A DNA stretch of 64,000 nt from Salisapilia sapeloensis CBS 127946 (GCA_023334545.1 JAADVB010000016.1:70535-134534); one strand, 5' to 3'; positions 1 through 12,377 are shown, numbered from the stretch's first letter. Made by a program: numbers and translations. The notes: generated by a model from the sequence alone, not told the origin.

Positions 1-1915
1 AGCTGGCGTAGATGCTGCTGGCATGGATATGCAACCAAAGTTAAACAATAGGCCGTTGTGGAGCCTCTTCTTTATTACTTTCGTTCTGATAGGAGCTTTC
101 TTCCTGATGCAGCTTTTTGTCGGTGTTGTCATCGACAACTTTAATCGACTGAAGCAAAAGTTGGATGGCACTTCTAAACTTTCAACATCGCAAAGAGAGT
201 GGTTGTTGGTGAATGAGTCGATGCTGAATTTACGGCCAGTGAGACGATTGCGAATCCCACGCGACCCACTTCGTCGGTATTTTTTCAAATGGGCTCGAGA
301 TCCCAACCTTGAACTTATCATTATGAGCTGTATTATATTAAACACGGTCGTCATGTCTGCTCATTACTTTGGAGAAGAAGATCTCTACCGCTCAGCTTTG
401 GACTATACCAATTATGTTTTTGCAGGTATCTTTACGATGGAGGCAATTGTGAAAATAATTGGACTGGGAAGGTATTACTGGAAAGATGCCTGGAACATTT
501 TTGACTTTGTTATCGTTATAGGTACCTTGCTCGGTATCGTATATACTTGGTATGGTGGAAAGTCGGTTGGTACAGTGGCGACTGTAGTTCGAAGCTTTCG
601 AGTCGGACGACTCTTTCGACTCGTTCAATCAGCACCATCGCTTCGGCAGCTTTTTAATACTCTTTTAGTTACGCTTCCGTCACTTGCAAACATTGGAGCG
701 TTGCTGTCACTAGTGTTCTTTATCTACGCTGTGATGGGCGTACAGCTATTTGCCAAAGTGAAGTTTGGAAACTTGATAACATCTACTAGTAACTTTCGTA
801 CGATTTGGAGAGCCCTGCTGACACTGGTACATACAAATAAAATACTGTGTTTGTGAATATTAATAATCTGGACACTGCCATAGATTCGCTGCGCAACTGG
901 AGAGAAATGGAATTTGGTCATGTACGAACTGTCGAATGAGCACGGATGCAATCCAGATCCAGATTACAATACGACATACTGTGGCTTTAGTAACCATGAA
1001 GGCTGCATTCCTCTCAACGGATGTGGTGCCACGAATGGAGCCTACATCTATTTCTATAGCTTCACACTCATATTTTCTTTCATCATGCTCAACATCTTCA
1101 TTGCTGTGATTTTGGAAGGCTTTGCTATTGAAAAAGATAAAAGTGAAGGGATACTGTTGCCGTCTCATGTATGTCTGTAGCTACATGATGTCTTATTTTA
1201 GGCTGACAGTATATTGTGAAAGCGTAGTATGACAACTTCACTACAGTTTGGTCAAAATTTGATCAAGAAGCGACAGGATTTATGGAGTGGCATTTTCTCC
1301 CGAACTTCATTATGGATCTCGCACCCCCAATGGGATACGGAGGTATACATCGACCACCAACAAAGGAGGTTGCGATTATCATTGGTAAGCTGGAAGTTCT
1401 GCTCACTAGAGAGCTGTACTTATTTGCTACCTAGAACATTTGGATATCCCCATTTATCGAGGCAACAAAGTATTTCTTAATGACGTAGCAAGACGGATAG
1501 GAAAGCTCGTCGTTGAAGAGGTACTTCCTCTCGCGCTATGAATTTAAAACACCTGTGACAACTAATGTATTGCTAGTTGTGTGATGAGCCTTTAGGGAAA
1601 TTACCGTCAGCACTGAAGATAGAGCAACGATGGCTAAAATATCTGGCAACGCGCAAGATTCGCAGAAACGACCTCTCAGTGTATCGAGTAAACCAGTTCA
1701 ATGCAGCTCTTCTCCTTCATGGTGCTGTTAAAGGGCAATTTTTTCGAGAGGACCTCCAGGAGAAGATTGAGGCATTCAAAAATCACGAGAAGAATGTGGT
1801 ACAGCTACCAAAGCGCAAGCAGGCGGTGGTCATGCGTAGTGATAGTATATCTGAAGATATCTCATTTTCTAGCAGCGACGACAGCCTTAGCCTGAGTAGA
1901 CTCCTAGAAAGTTGA
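1..1915 (+). CDS. Voltage-gated Ca2+/Na+ channel alpha subunit, 3' part (domain III S6, domain IV, C-terminal EF-hand region); 5'-truncated by the window
   Basis: IIIS6 FLMQLFVGVVIDNF, S4 RSFRVGRLFRLV, pore loop LIRCATGEKWN, IVS6 IMLNIFIAVILEGF. GT-AG introns at 827-883, 1169-1227, 1385-1434 and 1521-1576 join the ORF fragments in frame to the stop at 1915. Confidence 0.9.
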
Positions 1916-2084
1916 AATCTTTATCGGTTACTTTGAGAGTTTAGCAAGGACACTACCTTTATAGTATACGCGTATTTGACATTATCATGAAGTTTGAGCA
2001 GTTACATCTTTGACTTCAGCTACCAAGAAGATGTCGTTACAAGAGATCCTTCGCTCAGTTGTACAAATTTAAATTGATATTCGC

Positions 2085-4316
2085 ATGAAGCTTCCCAAGG
2101 TACTTTGCGACATTAGAATCTTAAACACTCACAGTGTATGCTCTCCACTACTACTTTTCTCATCGTACATGCTGCCTTTATAGAACAAAGAAAAAGAGGA
2201 ATGTCAGTACAGCGAAGAAAAGGATGAAGCAATATTTTATTTAAGACGCTTTTCGAATCGCATCAATCATTACTTTCGAGGGACTTCACTCAAATCTCTC
2301 TTGTCAAAATCTGCATCTCCTCGCTTCCTGGAAAGAGAAGATAGACTTGCACGAATTGGACCGCTTAAGAACAGTAAACGAGTTGGCAAGACTTCTACTA
2401 GCTGGTCCGGTTTTATCTACCGCTTTCTTCAAGTCCAGCATTACAGGTCGATTAAAGAGACTTTCCACGATGGGAAGGAGCTAAATAGCGACCTCATTGT
2501 CACCATGATAGAGTTTCTTATCATTGCGGTTTCTGCAGTGCAATTAGAAATGGCTTTCCGATCATCGTATTGGGTACGATACACTCTATTTTCTACTAGG
2601 AAGTACTTATCACTGTGTTCGCTTGACTTTAGCAAGATATGAAAATCTGCAAGAGCCTAGGCGTGTGTCCAAACTCAAATAGCCTTGAACGCTACGACGA
2701 TCTCTTAGCTACCAATTGCCTTCGCACCGTCATCGTAGTGCTATCTCTTGTTAGGCTCTTTATACGAGCTCACTTTCTTTACTACCATTATGGAAGATAT
2801 CCGAGTCAGAGCAAGAAACTCAGAGCTGTAAGCATTTCGAACACTTTCTTATAGCTGATAGTTTGTAGGTCTTACAATGTCTGCCTTGAGTAGAAAAGAA
2901 TAGGCGCTTGGGTATTTGAAGTAGTGGGAACACTCATCCTGCCAATACCATGTATTGAGCACATGCTTACCAAATTCGACACTCTACTCTGGCTAAGTGC
3001 AGCAACTGTCTTTCGAATCTTGTGCTGGAAATACGTCTTATCTGCGCCATATCCACTCCGCCAAAGAGATAACGTAACCTGTCTAAGTGTCCATTTAGGT
3101 ATGCCCTCAGCTATACCTTTATATACTGTATATTAAATTCTTTGATAATATAATTGTAAACGCTAGATTTTAAATACCACGATTTCGTGGTCAAGAAAGT
3201 TATGGATGAGCAGCCATTCCGCAAGATCCTGACGTTAAACATATTTGTAGTTGTGATTTCATCATACCTCATTCATCTTCAAGAAACGATGCATCGTGAC
3301 TGTATCTTAGTCGGTCCTTCTCACGATAACCAGTCACTCTGTGGACCGAGCAATATTGTTTGTGATGAAGTTCGGTCGAGTGACGTACTGTGGCTAACGA
3401 CGACATCATTTCTTAAAATCGGGTTCGTCGGCATAGTTTTTCTGTACAAGGATCTGACTTGTAATGATTTTACTCGTGTCTAGCTTTGGTCGATATGCTC
3501 CTCAATCACCTGGAGGTCGTATCATCATCTCGGTTGCTATCTGCCTTGTGGTTTTCATCAACGCGCTCTTGTTTTCGATTGTAATAAAGAAATTATGCTT
3601 CTCGTCGATGGAGTACCGAGTCCATGCTTTCCTCTTTCGTATGGGTCTGAACCATCACAAAGAACAAAGCGCGATTTTGGCTGTCCAAGCTACCGTTCGA
3701 TACGTGAAGTCGTACAGAGAGTCTCTGATTTGGCATCAGAAACAAGGCAATGAGCTCTTCTTTCGACCGCTTTCAGCCGTACGAATCTATATGGCATATG
3801 ATATATTCGTGGACTGACGATTGTGTGATGCTGTAGCGGCTACCGAATGAAGTCAAGAAGAAGTTATACCTTGCAAACTTCCAAAATGTATTGAAGGACA
3901 TAACGAAATACAACACCGACGGAGATCCTGTGAACGGGTTTTCTCGGCACATTGAAGTGATCACTGCTGCATTAGGCATGACATTTTACGAAATCACACA
4001 CTTAAAACGCACGTACTACCGACGAAGTCGTGTTCTCGAGGATCGACGTAAGCGCGCAAATGAACCTGTAGCAGCGCCAAATAAAATGCAAGAGGTACAA
4101 CATGAAAGCATCAGCGACGATAGAACGAATACAGGTGACCTACCACTTCGAGCAATTGAAGAGATAATAGCAGGTACTGTGCCAAAGAAACATACACAGA
4201 CAGCAGTGTCAGAAGAGCCTCCAGCGTGGGCTATGGAAATGATGACAATGTGCCAACAGACAGCCGAGATCTTGCAAAAGATGCAGGTAGACATCAAGAG
4301 CATCTCCAGCGATTAA
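2085..4316 (+). CDS. Divergent SK/KCNN-like (Ca2+-activated K+ channel family) 6TM channel, multi-exon; start uncertain
   Basis: S3-like FEVVGTLILPIP, FVVKKVMDEQP, pore helix LWLTTTSFLKIG/FGRYAPQSPGGR (intron 3423-3483), S6 IIISVAICLVVFINALLFSIVIKKLCFS, CaM-binding-like EYRVHAFLFR...ILAVQATVRY. The putative first exon MKLPK at 2085-2099 is tentative. Confidence 0.7.
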
Positions 4317-4418
4317 GTAAAGATTCAGACTAGGTGACATTGAAAAGATCAACCAATAGTACACAAGTTGCTTTAAAATCAAATATGATCATTTTCATTG
4401 TTAAGTTTTAGATGCTCT

Positions 4419-6088
4419 TTACTGAGGGCACTTCCAGCTTTCTTCTAGCAATTGGGTAAAGTGTTCATCGTTTAGGACCACGGCGGAAATGTCTGCATAG
4501 ACTTCAAGAAACTCCGCCAATGTAATCTGACGACCTCCCTGTTTAAAGATATTAACGAAAAAGAAATTTGCAAACAAATGTGATTGCAACACTTACAGAG
4601 TTTGAATTTGACCATAGCTCACGATACTCCTTCATTGCTTGGTCATGGCTAATAGTACCGTCGTGCATACGAACATCAATCCTCGGGTCGTAGCTGGCGC
4701 AGAGTGCATCTAGACTTACGCCTTCCATCCAACTTGACAATCGATCATAGGCCTGTGTCATCATTCTCTCTCGTGTCGACGAAGGAGCAATACGCAAGGC
4801 AGCTACGAGGTTCTGCAGAGGAAAATGTCCATTTTGCCTCTATACATCCAAAAATAAGTAGTGTTAATGTCAGTACCCATAGAGTGTGAAAACTATAAGG
4901 AAGTATATCTACCATGTCGAACGCGTTGAATAAAATGTCGAAGTGGCCATCCCGTAGAGGCAAATTGAACTTCTTAAGGAACCACATGCATTCATCCCGG
5001 TCGATGCTGCTCGATCCTTTCACTTCATATTGTGCTAGTGCTGCCATGAATGCACGATATGAATAGAGACTTGGTGCTGCGATGCACTTCTGTATAACTG
5101 AGATGACCGAGTCAGGGTTTGGAAACGCTGGTAGCAGTCGGTTATCAATCGCATCTTCTGGTCGGGAAGCCAGCATCATGCTCCATGTATTTGGTGGTAG
5201 ACTTGCCATACCAATTGTATCGGCAGTACGAGTACCAGCCACTTCACCTGCCAAGTTGTGCCGCTTTCCTGTACTCCTTGCAGCACACCCACAAACTTCC
5301 AGCTCCAATCCAAAGTCAGTGGGTTGCTTGTTTCCCGCCTCAGTGAAAAGAGGTTTGCCCGTCATCTTATGAACTATCGATATACGGTCTCCTGCACAAA
5401 CTTCTTCTCCAGAGGATAACATCTTTTCCCGACCAGCAAGATCAGCGCGAACGCATGTCCAAAGCGCACTACTATCAGCTATCGGTGCCATATAGATGCG
5501 TTGATTATACGTTATTGGGCTCATTGACCTCTCGTTTTTGACACTCGTCTTAAGGAAGAGTGGTTCACGCATCAGGACACTTTTCTCATCCACTAGTAGC
5601 GCTTCATTTGCCATCAGCATAAATGGTTCCCCATAGTGCAAAACGGATCCAGCAGTTTCTAAAAAGTTAGCCGGGACGCCAGACTTGACGGACTTGAACT
5701 CGGTAGGAGATATGATGCGGAAGGTGTTTCGAGCACAGGAAGCCGTAGCTCCGGAAGTTGCGATAGCAGTCACGACATATTCGCCTGATCCGATGCAAGG
5801 TGTTTCCTCAAACACATTGCAAGCCAAAGCACTCCCGGTTTCGACATGCTTAATGCCAATGGCTAGATTAAAGTGAAGGTTTCCGGAGGACTCGAATGAC
5901 CGAGGCGCTGGTTGATGCAAAAAGTCATTTTTCAGCTTGTGCGTCGCCAGCAGAGAGCCTTGCGTCTTACGAAGTTCGAACTCTTTCATACGCGCTTCCT
6001 CTAGCATCAAGTCTTCATTCCAATTTCCTAGACGGGTGCATGGCGCGTATCGGCCGGCACCCATTAGTTGCTGAGGCGTGAATTGCAT
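4419..6088 (-). CDS. CFAP161: CFAP161-like axonemal protein with C-terminal EF-hand/calcyphosin-like extension
   Basis: N-terminal RYAPCTRLGNWNED motif and beta-trefoil-like region. Two introns near the 3' end give ...NAFDM/RQNGHFPLQNLVAALR...SNSNS/GGRQITLAEFLEVYADISAVVLNDEHFTQLLEESW; stop at 4419-4421. Confidence 0.75.
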
Positions 6089-6416
6089 CTTGATGGTATA
6101 CTACAAGCTACGGTTCTTGCTTTGTAAGGCTTTAATTTTGTTCTGCGCTCTACATTTAGATCGAGCGTAAAGATCACTTTTGTGTCCGTTTCATTGCCCA
6201 GGTTTCCACATCCAAAGTAAATAGTGATGCGTTTTAACTAGTACGTAGGATATTGTACTTAGTTTCATTCCAATCGCAGGGAAATGATATGCCATTTAAG
6301 AGCATAAGACTTCACTTGTCGATTAGAAGCGATGCACATTTGCCGTCGTTAGCAACCGTTATTTCCATCATTGAGGCGCGCCTCCTCATCCAACTTCTTA
6401 ACGTCCGAAAGATACG

Positions 6417-6773
6417 ATGAGCGTCTATACTTTACTGTCATGCTTTCTGCTTTTAGTACGCATAGCCTCGGCAGATCCGAGTCTCATTCAATGTGTCTGC
6501 AATTCTACGATTGCCGGAGTGAACGTCGGAAACTCAGTTACCACGACAGATACGTCCCAAATATCCAAATTAAAACTTCCTAGCTGCACGAACGATGTAT
6601 TTTCCACGACTGGCATTCGCTGGTATATCGATGGACCGATTCAGAGCGACGTGACATACTGGCAAAAGAACGAATCTGACTATAGTGACGGCCGAGCTGC
6701 TCAACGACTTATTCGCCTCGGATATCGCTGCTCACGTACGCAACTCTACATCCCAAAGATCATTTACACGTAG
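6417..6773 (+). CDS. Small secreted Cys-containing hypothetical protein (118 aa)
   Basis: ATG ORF with signal peptide MSVYTLLSCFLLLVRIASA, 4 mature Cys and sequons NST and NES. It sits in an otherwise empty slot between CFAP161 and HEATR3. Confidence 0.55.
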   Translation: MSVYTLLSCFLLLVRIASADPSLIQCVCNSTIAGVNVGNSVTTTDTSQISKLKLPSCTNDVFSTTGIRWYIDGPIQSDVTYWQKNESDYSDGRAAQRLIRLGYRCSRTQLYIPKIIYT

Positions 6774-6861
6774 ACTAGAGCTATTTTCAAAAAATCAAAT
6801 GTATTCGACGCGAAGTCCTAAACGTGCGAGGCTAAATACAGCATTCTTCGTCACTGATCGC

Positions 6862-8869
6862 TTAAAGATGTGCCTTCTTGTACTTAATAAAGCGGCCAAG
6901 GTTCGACAACATCTCGGATACGTGCGTCGCAAGAGCACGGTCCAGCTGCTTTCTCTCCGCTCGGAGTTTGCTGCGCACAGCCGATCGCGTCTGTTCTAGC
7001 ACTGGCAAGAAGTTTAAGTTCTTGAAATTGCCATCAAAGTCCTCTCCGCCATACACGTCAAAGACTGCGTTCAAGGCTTCAGCCACGACCTCTAGACTCT
7101 GGTCTCCTAACGCAGACAACAGACAGCGGCCAATGATTTCGTTTTCACTCATGGTCTTCGTGCTACTGCCAACACATCCTAAGAGTCCAACCGTATTGAC
7201 ACGAGCCTCTCTCGATTGAGACTGCAGTGCATTGTTCATAAGCATACGCGCTTCGTCGGATGTGATCGGAAGCGTCTGCTTCTCTGCTGCCGCTCGTCGA
7301 TGGGCAGACCACATAGCTGCCGTCGCGGCCGCTTCAAAGTTTTCGCTGTCATCACTCTCCAAATCGAATGAGAATGTCGAAGCGGGTGCTTCCAATCGCA
7401 CATTGGCATACAACATGCAAAGATTACGAAAGACTTGAGCAACGGTTTCACTCCCCATCTTGTCCCACGCCTCCGTCTGCATCAAGTTATTCAATGCATT
7501 GCAGACACGAATGCGCATACCCATGAAGTCCCGAGCAACGACTTTGTTGGATAATGTCGGGACGGTCACGAGGCCTTGGAGGATCGTCACACATTGGTGG
7601 AACACTCCAGTCTTGGCCAGCGCCTTTGCTGCTGCAGACGTATTGAATGGGATGCTAGATGAGTCTGAGTCCATCTGCGAATTGGCATACTCTTCCATCG
7701 CGTCTTCGTCATCACTTGCCCACTCCTCTTCTTCAATCTCATCTTCATCATATGCCGTCGCCATGTCCGTCACGAGTTCCATGGCGAGGTTCAGAGTCTG
7801 GACGTTGTCTTTCCAAATACGCACTTTCATCTGTGCAGACGCGATGGATGCTCGTTTCTCTTCGGCAGCAACGTCATCCTCCGCATCATTTTCTAAATCA
7901 ACTTCATGGGCCAAATCCCAGTTCTCGACAGCCTGTTGGGCCGACTGTATGACTGTCACAGCGTCATACGCGAGCGCAGCTTCGACAGTCGGTAAGAGAC
8001 GAGCAACATTTTCCGCAGTTTCATTGATTTCCTTCACATTCATCGCAATGCCGACCGCTAGGAGGCGGACGTGGAGCGTCAAAGACGTTGACTGGATGAG
8101 TTCGCCTAAAATAGTCTGGTACTCGGCGCTAGCACCGATCGTGCGGCTCAATTGGTCATTGCCTTCTGTCACAAGAAGCAACAGTTTTAACGTTTCCATG
8201 TGCAAACCCAAGTGGCTTGTGGCGCGTTGAGCAATGCGCATGACCGGGTCGAAGAGCTGTGCTTGGGTGAGCTCATTGATGGCCGATTGGCAGCTTTCAC
8301 AAAGGTTGGATAGCAAAGCAATACACTGCTCTAGGAGCTGAATCGTCTGCACGTTCTTCTCTTCCAGTGAAGCTTCAGACGATGCGTCCGAGATCAATTT
8401 AACGAGCGGCGTGATCGCATTCGCTTTAATCAATTGATCACACACGTCTGCTCCACCTGTCACACTGATGTTCCGAAGAGCGCCAACAGCATGTAGACGG
8501 ACCATGGGTAAAGCATCGACCATCCGAGGAATGAGTTTTTGGAATAAACCGTTGGCAATCATCTTGTGCAGTTTCTCCCGCTGTCTTCTCTCCTTATCCG
8601 GATCAACGTCATCGCCAAACATATTCGCCAGCATGACACATGTCGCTTCTCGAACAGAGCCTTGGAGGTCTACCAACTACGCATATCGTTACCATCATAA
8701 CGACTCAAAAATGTATTCAAGAGCATACCCCTTGGAAGAGCTGTTGCTCATCCTGTTGCAACGACACCATTTCGTTCCCTGCCATACTAACATCAGCAGC
8801 GGAAGGAGCTCCATTCGGCTGCTGTTGCTTCTTATGGCTAATCGACCGTAACTTCTTCGCTTTGCCCAT
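6862..8869 (-). CDS. HEATR3: HEAT/ARM repeat protein HEATR3/Syo1-like (ribosomal protein import adaptor)
   Basis: Exon 1 MGKAKK...QLFQG (ATG 8869) spliced to LVDLQGSVREATC; VRLHAVGALRNIS, acidic insert EEEEWASDDED, C-terminal VVAEALNAVFDVYG. Confidence 0.8.
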
Positions 8870-9035
8870 GGTTGTTCCGATACTAAAGGTCCTCGAGGCC
8901 AATGAAAGGTGTAGCCATTCCTTTGACAGATCACGCAATCACCTCCTTCTATCCTAAAAATATGTGGCGCACATTAACCCAGGCTTCAAGCTCACGCAAT
9001 CGCTTGTCCATTATCCGTCCGATCCCTTCTCGATT

Positions 9036-10419
9036 ATGCTCCGTCAATCTGCTCAGACGCTGCTGCGTCTTCCGAATCAACGGCTTTTCTCCTCTGCCTC
9101 CAAAGGCTCGCGCAACGGCCTTGTCGATCGTCTTCGTGACGAACTTGCAGATATCGAAGCTGCAGGCACGTACAAACACGAGCGTGTCTTAACCACCGCC
9201 CAAGGTGCTTCGATCGGCGTCAAGCAACAAACACTTGGAGAAGCCAACGTTCTGAATTTCTGTGCCAACAACTACTTGGGACTAAGCAATCACCCTCGTG
9301 TCGTAAACGCTGCCAAAGCAACGTTGGACACGCACGGCTTTGGTCTCAGCTCCGTTCGATTCATCGTCGGTACGCAAGATATTCACAAGCGTCTCGAGCG
9401 TGTCATCTCTGAATTCCACGGCACGGAAGATACAATCCTGTACCCGTCCTGTTTCGACGCGAACGCCGGTATTTTTGAGTGTCTCCTTGGACCAGAAGAT
9501 GCGATCCTCACGGACGAGCTCAACCACGCATCCATCATCGATGGCGTTCGTCTGAGTAAAGCCGAGCGTCATCGTTTCACGCATATGGATATGAACGATT
9601 TAGAAACGAAATTGAAAAACACACAGCACTGCCGTACTCGTTTCATTGTCACCGACGGTGTCTTTAGTATGGACGGAGATGTCGCGCCGCTGGACAAGAT
9701 CTGCGATCTAGCAGACGCCTACGACGCTCAAGTGTTCGTGGATGAATGTCACGCGACGGGATTCTTCGGCGCCACTGGTAGAGGCAGTGACGAATACTGT
9801 GGTGTCCAAGGACGCGTAGACGTGATCAACTCGACGCTCGGCAAAGCGCTTGGAGGCAGCACGGGTGGGTACACTACTGGTCGACAGGAAGTCGTCGACA
9901 TGTTGCGTCAACGCAGTCGTCCGTACCTCTTTTCCAACTCGCTTGGTCCACCTGTCGTTGGAGCCTCGTTGGAAGTGTTTAACATGCTGTCCGAGTCGTC
10001 CGAGTACACAGACAAGATCAAGGAGAACACGCACCGATTCCGCGACCGTATGACGGAAGCTGGCTTCACCCTCGGAGGTGCTAGGTACGTAACTAATCGA
10101 ATCTTTATCGTTGCAATTGGACTAAATATGTATGCGTAGGGACCATCCGATTGCTCCCGTGATGATCGGAGACGCGAGACTGGCGTCGCAATTGGCAGAC
10201 GAGATGCTCAAGTGCAGCATCTACGTCATCGGATTCAGCTACCCCGTACATACACTCCAGATACTCTTACGTAGATAGAAACTAATCATGCATGCCTAGG
10301 TCGTGCCTAAGGACAAGGCTCGTGTGCGTGTCCAATTGAGTGCCGCCCACAGTCTCGAAGACGTGGACAAGGCTGTGGATGCCTTCATTAAGTGTGGCAA
10401 GGATCTCAAGATCATCTAA
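9036..10419 (+). CDS. GCAT: Mitochondrial 2-amino-3-ketobutyrate CoA ligase (glycine C-acetyltransferase)
   Basis: [33 protein letters not shown] lysine in STLGKALGG; presequence [20 protein letters not shown]. Two introns give [14 protein letters not shown] and [17 protein letters not shown]. Confidence 0.95.
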
Positions 10420-10439
10420 AAGAAAAGAAAAAGAATCGA

Positions 10440-11000
10440 TCAAAGCATGATGCTGACTTTATCTTTGGAAGAAGATGGTAGTAGTCGATGGTGTTTCATC
10501 AGCGCCACTTGGCTTTTCGAATCCATAAAAGCTTTCCTATACCCTTCTAGCGTCGTCTGGTGCGCGCGTTGGAGATAGTCCTTTTGCTCTCGAACGACGC
10601 GTGTACGATTGCCATCGCCATCCGAAATACACACCATGATCGTGTTATCAGGTACTTGTTCTTTTGCAGCGATCACGACGCCAGTCCCGATGGTGCAATT
10701 GTCACCTACGACAGAGCCGTCCTGGAGCTCGACATTCGGCTCAATCCAGTTGGCATTCCCCATACGGACGCAGCGAAGGACACTACCACTCTCGATCATG
10801 TTATCAGATCCAATGATCATATCCGCAGAAGCATGGACTAGAACGCGGTCCTCGAGGACGCAGCGTTCGCCGACACGAATGCTGGCCGTGTGGGCATTCA
10901 TATGGCAACCTGGATGAACGATAGTGCCGGTGGAAATGGAGATCTCCCCCTCCAGCTTCGCCTCCTCGCACACGGCAGCGCCATACTCGATCTCGATCAT
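10440..11000 (-). CDS. DCTN6: Dynactin subunit 6 (p27), left-handed beta-helix
   Basis: AAVCEEAKLEGEISISTGTIVHPG hexapeptide repeats; first ATG at 11000. Confidence 0.8.
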   Translation of the reverse strand: MIEIEYGAAVCEEAKLEGEISISTGTIVHPGCHMNAHTASIRVGERCVLEDRVLVHASADMIIGSDNMIESGSVLRCVRMGNANWIEPNVELQDGSVVGDNCTIGTGVVIAAKEQVPDNTIMVCISDGDGNRTRVVREQKDYLQRAHQTTLEGYRKAFMDSKSQVALMKHHRLLPSSSKDKVSIML

Positions 11001-11054
11001 GGCGTGGAGAATGTTGACTGAGATAAAGTATGGAAAAAACAACAAAACACACAA

Positions 11055-12164
11055 ATGGCTCGATTGATTGATGGCAAGGCAGTGGCCAAGGCTTTAAGGT
11101 CATCGCTGAAACGAGAAGTGCAGGACCTGACGCAACGACATGGCAGAGTGAGTCGGACATCGATGGCGTCTACTGCTATCAGTTTTAAAGTAGTCAAGAG
11201 CTTACACGAGCCATTCAAATGATGTCGTAGCCGCCTGCATTAGGCTTGATCATGGTCGGTGATCGAAAGGACTCGGCCATGTATGTCAAGACAAAGCATA
11301 CTGCTTGTAAAAAAACTGGCATCCGATCATTGGACTATGTTTTCGACGAAAATATCAGCGAAGTAGGTTTTCGTAGATAGTTCCAAGCGTCGTTTATTCT
11401 CACTGAAATGGCAAGAGTAGACGACTGTCCTGAACCAAATCAAAGAGCTAAATGAGGACCCGACGATTGATGGCATCCTTCTCCAAGTACATGCTACTAG
11501 CAGCGCTATTGTAAACTAGAAGAACATACTTATTTCATGCAATTAGCTGCCACTACCGGATCAAATGGACCCACAAGCCATGCTGGACGAAATCAGACCA
11601 TCCAAAGATGTCGATGGTCTCCATCCTTTCAACGTCGGCGAACTGACGATGCGAGGAAGGTATCCGTACCTCCTTCCATGCACAGCTCAAGGCATCCTCG
11701 CGCTGCTGGATCACGCAGAGGTAGAATTAGAAGGCAAAACTGCCGTCGTGATCGGTCGCAGCAACCTCGTGGGCACACCTGTGACAATGCTCCTCCAGAA
11801 ACGGAATGCGACTGTCATCCAATGCCACAAGAAATCAGACGATATCGCTCAATACACTCGTCAAGCCGACGTTGTCGTCGCGGCGTGTGGCCAGCCATAT
11901 TTAGTAAAAGGTGACTGGATAAAGCCAGGAGCAACTGTCATTGACGTTGGTATCAACTTTGTCACAGACGACCCTCAGCAAGACTTGCTTTACCATGGTC
12001 AAGTCAATCGAGATGGATACAAACTCGTCGGAGACGTGCATTTCGACCAAGTCAAGCAAATCGCCGGTGCTCTCACACCCGTTCCAGGTGGCGTCGGCCC
12101 CATGACAATCGCCATGCTCCTCCGAAACGTCGTCGAAGCTTATAAGCGCCATACCAAGGCATAG
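11055..12164 (+). CDS. folD: Bifunctional methylene-THF dehydrogenase/cyclohydrolase
   Basis: MARLIDGKAVA, GDRKDSAMYVKTK, DPTIDGILLQ/LPLP, KDVDGLHP, IGRSNLVG, TPVPGGVGPMT; three introns in the 5' part. Confidence 0.95.
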
Positions 12165-12310
12165 AAAATCCTAGAGAGTCGTCCTCCTTTGCACTTCTTT
12201 CCACTATACTCTTACGTTGTTCCAGTCAAGAAAGGCGGTACAATCCACTTACAAAAGTCAAGTGAGTTTACCTCTGTGACTAACGCAAGTGTCCGATTGC
12301 CAATCAGCGG

Positions 12311-12327
12311 TCATTCTTCCATTTCTT
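12311..12327 (+). promoter_or_regulatory. Oomycete INR+FPR-like core promoter element
   Basis: TCATTCTTCCATTTCTT about 50-65 nt upstream of ATG 12378; one mismatch to TCATTYYNCAWTTTNYY. Confidence 0.55.
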
Positions 12328-12377
12328 TCTCCACGTCTCTCGATCCGTTCCTACGTCGGTCCGTGCCTTTGAAGATC

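Noticed and set aside
7460-8230. 256-aa plus-strand ORF
   Set aside because: Antisense shadow of HEATR3 with biased Ser/Ala composition.
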